This document shows, in pieces, positions 36,963 to 45,172 of a DNA stretch of 64,000 nt. The notes beneath the pieces are model-generated. The model was not told the origin of the DNA, did no database searches, and saw nothing but the letters and a program-made list of their open reading frames with translations. Made by a program: the position numbers and the translations under genes. The DNA is from Acutalibacteraceae bacterium (GTDB lineage Bacteria > Bacillota > Clostridia > Oscillospirales > Acutalibacteraceae). The stretch is from the NCBI GenBank assembly GCA_045605825.1, contig JAZUQS010000060.1:302-64301 (forward strand), read 5' to 3'. The stretch's first letter is position 1. Every line of letters begins with the position of its first letter.

Positions 36963-37167
36963 CTTCTTCGCCACTCCTTATTTCTTTTATTCTTTCAATA
37001 CATACATAAACAGTAATTACGGCAAATATTATTGGCACAACACCAAAAATGTATTTTAAGTAACCGTCTAATAATGTAATTAAAAAGCCAAAATATACAA
37101 TAAAATATATTATCAAAAGTATGGAAATAACTATTGGGGCAATCAATTTCTTATAATTCTTTCTCAT
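36943..37167 (-). CDS. Small two-TM membrane protein
   Basis: 74 aa with two hydrophobic helices and an acidic tail (SGEEDDLSKY). It overlaps the ybjQ-like start by 20 nt, suggesting coupling. Confidence 0.5.
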   Translation of the reverse strand: MRKNYKKLIAPIVISILLIIYFIVYFGFLITLLDGYLKYIFGVVPIIFAVITVYVCIERIKEIRSGEEDDLSKY

Positions 37168-37218
37168 ACAAAACCCTCTTTTTTAGTATTAATAATATCC
37201 CATTTTATTGAGCTTTTA

Positions 37219-40200
37219 TTAATAATAATTTGCTACCTGAAGCATACCTTGTGCATACCAAATACCTAAACGTAGCATTGAGTCGCCACAATAGTGTGCA
37301 CCGTCATATTCGCCGTTTTCGTTGTTGTTAACGTATTTTGACATACACGTTGACGTATCAATCCAAATTGAGTTTGCAAGGGTTGTGCTTGTGGGTGAGG
37401 TGTTAGCATAAAGGCCTGCTGTTGTGGTATTGATTATATTACTTGTCGTATCTGCAGGTACGTACCAGAGAGAAGCATTTCTCGATTTGTAAGAGTTAAT
37501 AGTATCGGAATACACCCAACTGTTATAGGTCTGCTCGGCATTAGTTATCGGATTTAAGAATGTACGGCTGTCGTATGCAGCAATACCGCCGTCAACAAAG
37601 CCTATCTGACCGTCGACATCTCTTTGTTCAAAGTTTGTACGCACTTTATTTACAAGAATATTCTGTAAATCACCGTATTGGTTTGCCCACTGCTCAAAGC
37701 CGGAGTCGCCTTCGCCCTGATGCCATAAGAAAGATCTGATATTAATATTGTTTGCGCCGTGCAATTTTACAATATCATCAAGAGCGGTATCAACGTAATC
37801 AACCATTAAATCGCTTAAGTAGCCACCTAAATCATTATAGATATCCTGAGCGTTAACGGCGTTGTTGTAATTTGTGTCATATATCCAGTTACCGCCGAGG
37901 AAGGTGCCTGCGGCAGTATATTTAATGATATACCACATTTCGTCCTTCGTGCTTTCGTTTGTTGCAAGGAAATATGAAAGACCAACCTCGGGACCGAACC
38001 AAAGGTCTGCCTGACCGCCTATACCGAGCTTAAAGGTTTCAAACTTATCGTTTGAAAAATACGTTTTCCAGCCTGTCGTACCGTCGGTGTTAATATTATT
38101 ATATTTGATTTTTATGTTAGAAAAATCCGTAGTACCAACTGTCGCTTTAACTGCATCAGTCAAGGGGCTGGCACCGTAAGCATTTGACTGACCGCAAAGA
38201 ATAATGACGTTTGCTTTTTTTGTTTTCAAGTTCATAGCATCCTTTATTGTTACGTATGCGGGAGTATATAAAACGGGGTTTTGCTGATTTAATAGCTCAA
38301 GGTCCTTTTCGTCTGTAATGTCATCAGAATTGATATCACAAATATATTTTTGTTGCAAGGAAAGCATAGAAATATCCTTCATTGCGGTTTTCATTAAAGA
38401 AATGTCATAAGCTGTGAAAGGAACTCCGTCAAGGTCAAAATCACCCTTTAAGTAAACGGGTAGGTTAACCTTGTGACCGTTAATAAGTCTTTCGAGTATT
38501 GAACAGTCAATAACGTTTAAAATGCTATCGCTATTCATATCAGAAAGGAAAAGCTCTTTTTCGGTAACCTCTGCTTCTGAAAGAGCTGTGTTTACAAGCT
38601 GTTGTAAATCGTAGATATCCAACATATCGTTATCTACAATATCACCGATAAAGATTAATGAATAACCGTTGTTTGCAGATGCGATTACCTTATATTCACC
38701 CGTTGTATCAAATACGGGAGCGGCACCCTCAATATTCGTTTTCTGTCCCCATATTTGTTCGGAGCATTCTTTTTGAAGTAAGTATGCAACCTCACCTGAA
38801 GAGAATTCTTCTATAGTTTTACCGACGGAGCAATTACCGCTATCGGCGGTTGTGCTACCCTTAGTAGCGTTTCCTATACCATTTTGAGAGGTGCCTTTGC
38901 CGTCTTTTGCACATTCTGTAAGATAGTAGCAGTTTGTAAGGTTTGAAGATGCTGAAGCACCGCCTGCGATACCGCCACAGTAAGTGTCTGTGGCATCAGC
39001 AACGCCTACATTATAGCAGTTTTTAATTGTATTACTTGTGTAGCCTGTGATACCGCCTACGTAAGAAGCACCGTCAGAAACGATACAGTAGGAGTAGCAG
39101 TTTTCTATAGTACCCGCATTTCGTCCCGTAACACCGCCAACGTAAGAGCTACCACCGAAATAAGAGTCATCAATACCTACTTTTTTGATTGTTGCATTTG
39201 AAGCGGTATAACCGAACAAGCCAACGTAGGAATCAGTATCAGAGTCTGTATAAAGACCGCTTATTGTGTGACATTGACCGTCAAAAATGCCCTTGTACTG
39301 TGTTGATGAATTACCGATAGGTGTCCATATTTTGAATTTAGAAGTATCAGAATTCAATATACCGTAAGAGGTAAGAACGGGGGCATTATCTGTAATATCA
39401 TTTGTAAGAACTGCGTTTGCAGTCGAGTTACCGAGATTAACAAAATCGCTGAACCAGTGAAGCTGACCTGCATTTGAAATCTCATAAACGCTATCCATTA
39501 TTCCGTCACCGTTAAGGTCATACTTATTGGTTGTAAGAGTTGCCGCTTCATTTTTACCGCAAATGTTGCAGTAGCCGTTAGTGAAACCAACTTGGCAGGG
39601 GTCGTCAATATCTGTAGCAACATCCTTGAAGGTGCTTCTTATTGTGTCAACGTTACCCGTTGTAACGTAGTATGCGTAAGAATAAGGGCTAAAGCTCTTA
39701 AACGTAAAAGTATCAACGGGTGCAATATATGATGTAGGGCTTTCTGTTGCGGGAGAAACCGTTGTACATAAATCTCTGCTGAAAACACCCGTAAACATAT
39801 TTGTCTGACCGGGGGAGTAAAGACCGATACCGAAGCTATCTGCATCATCACCGATGAAAGCACACCAGTTTTCATTACAGTAGAAGTTCTGGTTGGCACC
39901 TGCGGCTTCGCCCCAGAATACAAGACTGCTTTCGTCTTTTCTTGTGTTTGAATCCGACCAAGCCTCACCGCCTGAATAGTAAACAAAATTATTAAGAGGC
40001 TCAACGCAGTAGAAAGCGGGGAGCTCCTGTGTGGTAGTTGCTTCGGGATAACCTGAAAAGTCTACGAATCTGCAAGTCGCTCTCATTAAACCGTCTTCGA
40101 GCGTGTACCAAGCCTCCATATAAGAGGGGGTGATGTGTTCTTTTGTTTTACCCCAGTCAAGCGGTCGGCATTTTACGTAGATTTCGTTTTCGGTAACTTT

Positions 40201-41883
40201 TAAGTCAACGATTTTACTTGCTTCATTATGAACGTTACCGCCTTGAACGGGATTGTAATTCCACGGTGTACCGTTGTAATCACCCATTTCATAGGGTGGT
40301 GAGCCTGTGCCGTAATAAGATTGCTGAACAAGTCTACCTGTGTCGTTACAGTTAATGAGGTTAACGCTGCTGCTTGTATTGTTGAGAAAACCGGTGCTAA
40401 CTTTACTCTTAAAGTCAACCTCTGTTATTTTTGAAGAGCCGTATTTACTTACTGAGGAATAAACATCGTTTTTTAAATCCTCAAGATATGAAAGAGCACC
40501 GCCCCAATGTAAATCAATACCGATTTTATAATCTGCACTTGAAAGATATACTAAATTATCGGGGATAGCATCTTTAGTTGTCGTAACGGATTTGAGAGAA
40601 AAATCCATAAACTCTTTATCAAGAGCTGTAAAGGTGATTGATGAAATCTGAGTTTGTGTTGTACCGTCAAGGTAACCGTCAATATATCCTGTGAAAACGC
40701 CATCCTCTGCAGGCTCAAGGAAAAATTCTTCTTGCGTTGAGCCCATAAGCATTACGGCTTTAACGTAAGCATCTGAAGAATAGTGGATTTCGTAACGGTT
40801 AAAAGCAGATGCAGTTTGATTAATTGTGTAGACGTTGTTAGCAACAGAAGCAGTGATTGTACTGTTGTTAACTGTAACAGAAACGTTTTCTGCTTCTTTG
40901 ACAGTTACGGTAAACGATGTTTGCTTACCGCCGTATTCAATGGTAATTGTTTGTTGACCAAGTGTGTCTAATATTTGAGGGTAGTAATAGAAGCCTGAAT
41001 TAAGAGCTTCAGTTGTACCGTTGGAATAGTTGATGTTGATTGATAAGCCCGAAGCATTAAGCTTTTCACCTAAGGTATAGGTTTGCTTAGTAGGGAGAGA
41101 GGCAACGGATATAGTACCGTCTAACTGAGTTTCCCATTTTGAATATAAGCTGTAGCTTGTAGCGGCAATAAGTGTGTTTTCTGTAATTCTTTCGCCTGTG
41201 CCGTCAGGGCCTGTATACCATCCGGCAAAAATAAGACCGCTTCTGTTAGGAGTGGGCAACTCACCGTAAGTATTACCTTGTGAATAAGTATAGGTTGTTC
41301 TGTAGTTGATATCCTTTGAATATTCGTAAACCGAGGCTTCACAAATTCTTATATCCTTAACCGTAGCATAAGTGCCGGGGGTGTTATTGTCAAATCTTAT
41401 CTGTATAAACGCTGCGTTAGCAGGTGTTGTGAATGTCCATTGGTTGTCACCGTACTGTGTTGCAGATGCGGTATCAAGGGATATATAAGCATCAGAAGAA
41501 TCGAAATAGAAAACGAAAGTGTCAAAGCTTGTAACAGTTCCGTTTGCATTGTATTTGAAAATATAGCTTGTGCTTGGCTTTACGGGCATTGAATAATAAC
41601 CTGTATTTGAGCCCATAGAGTGAGCGGTGTATATTTCGCTTGTAGAGTTATTGGTTAAAGTAAAGCTACCTGCAGAAATATCTTTTGTAATTTCAGCATT
41701 GGTAAGATTGGGCGAAATAACACCTGATCTTGTATGGTTAGCCCATTGCTCAAAGACAAAAATATTGTCAAATGTAAGCTCATAAATACCCTCTGCTGCA
41801 GAAACAACAGGGCTTAAAAAGCTTGATGCAAGTAAAATTACGCTTAATAACAAAGCAGAAATTCTTTTTGATGTTCTTTTCAT
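37219..41883 (-). CDS. Giant secreted multidomain protein (1554 aa): CBM-like, Listeria-Bacteroides repeat, Ig-like, unknown central domain, GLUG repeats, two internal dockerin-like modules, C-terminal SGNH/DUF303-type (sialate O-acetylesterase-like) esterase
   Basis: Start set to ATG 41883 (AAGGTGG upstream). Signal peptide MKRTSKRISALLLSVILLASSFLSPVVSAAEG. FAGWYTGPDGTGERI. GLFGY...YVGGVTG...YVGGITG...YCGGIAGG. DIVDNDMLDIYD / DMNSDSILNVID and DFDLDGVPFTAYD / DINSDDITDEKD. GQSNAYG and WHQGEGD. Confidence 0.85.
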   Translation of the reverse strand: MKRTSKRISALLLSVILLASSFLSPVVSAAEGIYELTFDNIFVFEQWANHTRSGVISPNLTNAEITKDISAGSFTLTNNSTSEIYTAHSMGSNTGYYSMPVKPSTSYIFKYNANGTVTSFDTFVFYFDSSDAYISLDTASATQYGDNQWTFTTPANAAFIQIRFDNNTPGTYATVKDIRICEASVYEYSKDINYRTTYTYSQGNTYGELPTPNRSGLIFAGWYTGPDGTGERITENTLIAATSYSLYSKWETQLDGTISVASLPTKQTYTLGEKLNASGLSININYSNGTTEALNSGFYYYPQILDTLGQQTITIEYGGKQTSFTVTVKEAENVSVTVNNSTITASVANNVYTINQTASAFNRYEIHYSSDAYVKAVMLMGSTQEEFFLEPAEDGVFTGYIDGYLDGTTQTQISSITFTALDKEFMDFSLKSVTTTKDAIPDNLVYLSSADYKIGIDLHWGGALSYLEDLKNDVYSSVSKYGSSKITEVDFKSKVSTGFLNNTSSSVNLINCNDTGRLVQQSYYGTGSPPYEMGDYNGTPWNYNPVQGGNVHNEASKIVDLKVTENEIYVKCRPLDWGKTKEHITPSYMEAWYTLEDGLMRATCRFVDFSGYPEATTTQELPAFYCVEPLNNFVYYSGGEAWSDSNTRKDESSLVFWGEAAGANQNFYCNENWCAFIGDDADSFGIGLYSPGQTNMFTGVFSRDLCTTVSPATESPTSYIAPVDTFTFKSFSPYSYAYYVTTGNVDTIRSTFKDVATDIDDPCQVGFTNGYCNICGKNEAATLTTNKYDLNGDGIMDSVYEISNAGQLHWFSDFVNLGNSTANAVLTNDITDNAPVLTSYGILNSDTSKFKIWTPIGNSSTQYKGIFDGQCHTISGLYTDSDTDSYVGLFGYTASNATIKKVGIDDSYFGGSSYVGGVTGRNAGTIENCYSYCIVSDGASYVGGITGYTSNTIKNCYNVGVADATDTYCGGIAGGASASSNLTNCYYLTECAKDGKGTSQNGIGNATKGSTTADSGNCSVGKTIEEFSSGEVAYLLQKECSEQIWGQKTNIEGAAPVFDTTGEYKVIASANNGYSLIFIGDIVDNDMLDIYDLQQLVNTALSEAEVTEKELFLSDMNSDSILNVIDCSILERLINGHKVNLPVYLKGDFDLDGVPFTAYDISLMKTAMKDISMLSLQQKYICDINSDDITDEKDLELLNQQNPVLYTPAYVTIKDAMNLKTKKANVIILCGQSNAYGASPLTDAVKATVGTTDFSNIKIKYNNINTDGTTGWKTYFSNDKFETFKLGIGGQADLWFGPEVGLSYFLATNESTKDEMWYIIKYTAAGTFLGGNWIYDTNYNNAVNAQDIYNDLGGYLSDLMVDYVDTALDDIVKLHGANNINIRSFLWHQGEGDSGFEQWANQYGDLQNILVNKVRTNFEQRDVDGQIGFVDGGIAAYDSRTFLNPITNAEQTYNSWVYSDTINSYKSRNASLWYVPADTTSNIINTTTAGLYANTSPTSTTLANSIWIDTSTCMSKYVNNNENGEYDGAHYCGDSMLRLGIWYAQGMLQVANYY
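38285..38655 (-). other. Two tandem dockerin-like modules located internally (upstream of the esterase domain)
   Basis: Four EF-hand-like loop-helix segments in two pairs (see the CDS evidence). Coordinates are approximate and were taken from the nucleotide positions of the motifs. Confidence 0.6.
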
Positions 41884-42083
41884 AAAAACCACCTTTTAAA
41901 ATGCACATAATAATACAATTATACTATATAAGAAAAATCAAAACAATGAGCTTTTTAAACAAAAGGTTGTTAGTTGGTTTGTGTATTCTATTTGAGAAAA
42001 ACGCGAAACGTGAATATAACGAGAAAAGCACCGCTTACGCGATGCTTTTTTCTGTCTGTACGAATCATTTAGATACCGGTTGC

Positions 42084-42965
42084 TTATATCAATTTATTTA
42101 TAGCGTCGGCGTAATATGAATCTTCTTTTTCTTTTACAACATAGGAATGTAGCCCGTTCGGATTTGAAACAAAACAATTTTCACCTGTTATAGCATCAAC
42201 ACTGCCTTTCCCATGAACAACGGAGTATCCCGCTTTTTCTACATCGCCGATTTACGCCAACAGACACAGCATAGGGTCCCAGGAGGAACGACCGTTAGAA
42301 GACCCGTGATCACAAAGTACAAGATAAAGCGGATCGTTTTTATCTAAATTACTACCGGTGATGACACTTGCTCCCACTTCCCATCCGAGAAAGGTTATGG
42401 GAACGGGACAAATATCACAAAATATGTTTGCGGCTACTCTTGAGCGTTCGTTTCGGGCAAAGTTGTTTTCTTTATTTGGTTTTTTATCCCATTTTCCTGC
42501 CATCATCCATATTTTTGAGACTTTGTTTTTTAAAAGTTCAACGCCGTCAAGTTCGCTTATATCGTCCGGTTTGCTTTGCAATAGTGCAGTTAAAACCTGT
42601 GGATATCCTATTTCAATCAACTCAATTTGGGAATCCGTGTCTGCAAGAAGTTTTCTGTAAAGCTTTACGGCATTTTCTGCATCGGCATTACTGTAATATT
42701 TTTTCGCATACAAAGAAAGGCGTTTCTGATAAGGCGGATTTCCACCAAAGTCAGTTGCATCAAGGTCTATTGCGATCGGAATGTCATAAACCTCATCCGA
42801 GTTAAGAAAACCTTCAAGCGAGGTAACGCTGTGCTCCATACACGCATTTATAATTATGCCAAGCAGGTTAATTTCCTTTGCTTTGTGTGCACGCGTTAAC
42901 AAACGGATTGCCACAGCATCGTCACAATCGTCCCACCAATCCGTTCCTAATATGAATTTTCGCAT
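42084..42965 (-). pseudogene. Nucleoside hydrolase-like (IUNH family) gene interrupted by one in-frame TAA
   Basis: The N-terminal 237 aa carry GTDWWDDCDDAVAI (DxDxxxDD-type). TAA lies at 42252-42254. The same frame continues for 55 more sensible codons (IGDVEKAGYSVVHGKGSVDAITGENCFVSNPNGLHSYVVKEKEDSYYADAINKLI*) to the stop at 42084-42086. Full length would be 293 aa. Confidence 0.75.
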
Positions 42966-43013
42966 AGTAGCACCTCTTTCAAATTAAGCATAGCATAAAT
43001 GTTTTAGTTTGTA

Positions 43014-43180
43014 AATGAAGCATTTGCGTTGCAAATATGAAGCAGGGCTTACGCCCTATGAAGCACTCGCTATTGCTCGTATGAAGCGAAGCGTTCCTTA
43101 ACGTGCCGCAGCACACTTCATAGCCGAAGGCTGCTTCATTAGCGTTAGCGTCTTAATGTTCCCGAAGGGAACGCTTCATC
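43014..43180. repeat. Word-punctuated hairpin array B (9-mer TATGAAGCA x4 forward, then its complement x3)
   Basis: Forward copies at 43014 (AATGAAGCA), 43036, 43057 and 43080 (TATGAAGCG). Reverse copies at 43115 (ACTTCATA), 43132 (TGCTTCATT) and 43172 (CGCTTCATC). Small hairpins at 43023-43035, 43045-43056, 43092-43103, 43103-43114, 43123-43131 and 43158-43172. Confidence 0.8.
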
Positions 43181-43185
43181 CCACC

Positions 43186-43220
43186 AAAACAAAAACCAGT
43201 CCTTTTGGACTGGTTTTTTG
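43186..43220 (-). terminator. Rho-independent terminator of the tRNA operon
   Basis: On the minus strand: CCAGTCC-AAAA-GGACTGG followed by TTTTTGTTTTGG, immediately 3' of tRNA-Tyr. Confidence 0.8.
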
Positions 43221-43223
43221 TTT

Positions 43224-43308
43224 TGGTGGGAGCGGGTGGATTCGAACCACCGAAGGCGGTGCCAACAGATTTACAGTCTGCCCCCTTTGGCCACTCGGGA
43301 ACACTCCC
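43224..43308 (-). tRNA. tRNA-Tyr (anticodon GTA), type II with long variable arm, CCA encoded
   Basis: Reverse complement is GGGAGTGTTCCCGAGTGGCCAAAGGGGGCAGACTGTAAATCTGTTGGCACCGCCTTCGGTGGTTCGAATCCACCCGCTCCCACCA. 7-bp acceptor stem, anticodon loop CTGTAAA, T-arm GGTGG-TTCGAAT-CCACC. Confidence 0.93.
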
Positions 43309-43327
43309 ATGTTCACTATTAAAAAAA

Positions 43328-43403
43328 TGGAGCTGGTGGACGGACTCGAACCCCCGACCTGCTGATTACAAATCAGCTGCTCTACCAACTGAGCTACACC
43401 AGC
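43328..43403 (-). tRNA. tRNA-Thr (anticodon TGT), CCA encoded
   Basis: Reverse complement is GCTGGTGTAGCTCAGTTGGTAGAGCAGCTGATTTGTAATCAGCAGGTCGGGGGTTCGAGTCCGTCCACCAGCTCCA. Perfect acceptor, D and anticodon stems. The T-stem has one G-G mismatch (positions 51:63) by my folding. Confidence 0.88.
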
Positions 43404-43419
43404 AACTTAATGCTTGACT

Positions 43420-43447
43420 ACTATACACAAAAGATTTTGTATGTCAA
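43420..43447 (-). promoter_or_regulatory. Sigma-70-type promoter of the tRNA-Thr/tRNA-Tyr operon
   Basis: On the minus strand: TTGACA (43447-43442), 16-nt spacer, TATAGT (43425-43420), about 17 nt upstream of the tRNA-Thr 5' end. Confidence 0.65.
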
Positions 43448-43579
43448 GAGAAAATTTTATATTTTTTTATCTTTTTTAAAATCTTTTTTTCGTGTTGTTT
43501 TCAGGTGGAAGATTTTGGCGAGTTTTCCTGATAAAATACTGCTATTTTGTTGGTTGAAGTGTAGTTGTGTGGCATTTTC

Positions 43580-43608
43580 ATTGAATTTAAGGGCGGGGTG
43601 TGTTATAC
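43580..43608 (+). promoter_or_regulatory. Sigma-70-type promoter of pepD
   Basis: TTGAAT (43580-43585), 17-nt spacer, TATACT (43603-43608), about 35 nt upstream of ATG 43644. Confidence 0.5.
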
Positions 43609-43643
43609 TTTTTATGTTCAAAAATAAAACAGAGGTAATAAAA

Positions 43644-45080
43644 ATGGATTGCATTAATACTTTGAAACCCGAAAGAGTGTTTCATTATTTTAAAGAGATG
43701 AGCCGTATTCCCAGAGGCTCGGGGGATATGGTTAAAATTGCTGATTTTTGCGAAGCTTTCGCAAAAGAAAAAGGTCTTTCTTACGTGAGAGATGATGCTG
43801 ATAACGTTGTGATATATAAGCCTGCGTCAGTTGGTTATGAAAATTCCGATACCGTTATTCTTCAAGGTCATCTTGATATGGTTTGTCAGAAAACCGAAGA
43901 GTCACAAAAGGATTTTTCAAAAGACGGTATTGACTTAATCGTTGACGGCACTTTTCTTAAAGCCGAAGGTACGACCTTAGGTGGTGATAACGGTATCGCA
44001 GTTGCTATGGTTATGGCTATTCTTGAGGATAATTCGCTTTCTCATCCTGCTATTGAGGCGGTTTTCACAACCGATGAGGAAATCGGTATGATTGGTGCGT
44101 TACAGCTTGATATGAGTCTTCTTAAAGGCAAAAAAATGATAAATCTTGATTCTGAAGAGGACGATACGGCAACCGTTTCTTGTGCAGGCGGTAGTGATTT
44201 TAACGTTTCGATTCCCGTCAAAAAAGTTGAAATGACCGGCAAAAAGGTTACAGTTACTTTAAAAGGCCTTTTAGGCGGTCATTCGGGCGTTGAGATTCAC
44301 AAGGGCAGAGCAAATGCCGATATTCTTGCGGGTAGATTTTTAAACGCTATTAAAGGTCTTGATTTCGGAATAATTTCAATAAACGGTGGAGATAAAAGTA
44401 ATGCGATACCTAACTCTTGCTGCATTGAGCTTTGCGTAAAAGACATAGATGCATTTGAAAAAATTACTACACCAGTTATTGAAGAAATTAAAGAAGAAAT
44501 TTCTGACAGAGAGTCTTTAATTTGCGAAATAGTTAAAGAGCTTGAGGGTGAGTATTCAGTATTTGATAATGAAACCGCAAAAAACCTCGTTTTTTCTCTC
44601 GTTTGTATCCCCGACGGTGTTATGTCAATGAGTGCTGATATTCCTGAGCTTGTTGAAACCTCGCTTAATTTAGGAATATTAAAAACAGAGGAAGAAAAAA
44701 TTATTCTTCATTCTGCTTTGAGAAGCAATAAAATGTCTTCGCTTTATTATCTTGAGGAAAGACTAAAGGTCTTTTTCAACGTTTTTGATTGCGAAATTAA
44801 AACCTACGGTCATTATCCTGCCTGGGAATATAACAGTAATTCCCGTTTGCAAGATTTATATTCAGAAACATACAAAGAAATGTTTAACGAAGAGCCTAAG
44901 ATAGCGGCTATTCATGCAGGCCTTGAGTGTGGAGTTTTCGCAGGTGCAATTAAGGATTTTGACTGTATTGCTATCGGTCCTAATCTTTTTGACGTTCATA
45001 CGGTAAACGAAAAACTCGATATCAAATCAACGGAAAACATTTATAATTTGTTAATTGAGATGCTTAGAAAAATGCTTTAA
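43644..45080 (+). CDS. pepD: Aminoacyl-histidine (Xaa-His) dipeptidase PepD, M20 family
   Basis: Start moved from 43410 to ATG 43644 (AGAGG upstream). The upstream extension overlaps the tRNA promoter and is low complexity. LKPERVFHYFKEMSRIPRGSG, QGHLDMVCQK and TTDEEIGMIGA are PepD-type motifs. 478 aa. Confidence 0.88.
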   Translation: MDCINTLKPERVFHYFKEMSRIPRGSGDMVKIADFCEAFAKEKGLSYVRDDADNVVIYKPASVGYENSDTVILQGHLDMVCQKTEESQKDFSKDGIDLIVDGTFLKAEGTTLGGDNGIAVAMVMAILEDNSLSHPAIEAVFTTDEEIGMIGALQLDMSLLKGKKMINLDSEEDDTATVSCAGGSDFNVSIPVKKVEMTGKKVTVTLKGLLGGHSGVEIHKGRANADILAGRFLNAIKGLDFGIISINGGDKSNAIPNSCCIELCVKDIDAFEKITTPVIEEIKEEISDRESLICEIVKELEGEYSVFDNETAKNLVFSLVCIPDGVMSMSADIPELVETSLNLGILKTEEEKIILHSALRSNKMSSLYYLEERLKVFFNVFDCEIKTYGHYPAWEYNSNSRLQDLYSETYKEMFNEEPKIAAIHAGLECGVFAGAIKDFDCIAIGPNLFDVHTVNEKLDIKSTENIYNLLIEMLRKML

Positions 45081-45092
45081 TATACAATTGTA

Positions 45093-45121
45093 TTGTATTT
45101 ATTGCGATATTATGTTATAAT
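45093..45121 (+). promoter_or_regulatory. Sigma-70-type promoter upstream of the OPT transporter gene
   Basis: TTGTAT (45093-45098), 17-nt spacer, TGt-TATAAT extended -10 (45113-45121). Confidence 0.5.
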
Positions 45122-45172
45122 AACTTGATTAAATTTATCGTTAGTGCCATGTACTGACGGATTGGAGAAAAA

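Noticed and set aside
42252-42254. Programmed recoding (selenocysteine, pyrrolysine or readthrough) at the in-frame stop
   Set aside because: The codon is TAA, not TGA or TAG. No downstream SECIS-like hairpin was seen. TAA terminates neighbouring genes normally.
43156-43417. Three ~70-aa track ORFs: 43156-43365 (+), 43176-43388 (-) and 43205-43417 (+)
   Set aside because: They lie entirely over the two tRNA genes and their terminator, and they have no RBS. They are artefacts of stop-free structured RNA sequence.
42084-43447. A genomic island or prophage remnant integrated at the tRNA-Tyr/tRNA-Thr locus
   Set aside because: No integrase, excisionase or phage genes are present. I did not see a direct repeat of either tRNA 3' end nearby. 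The adjacent disrupted gene is an ordinary metabolic gene.
43410-43643. The 78-aa N-terminal extension of the pepD ORF in the track
   Set aside because: The extension covers the tRNA promoter and an AT-rich promoter region and is not PepD-like. A good RBS and promoter precede ATG 43644. For the same reason the upstream starts at 12149, 14223, 20670, 20775, 36520, 41892, 57894 and 63010 were trimmed.
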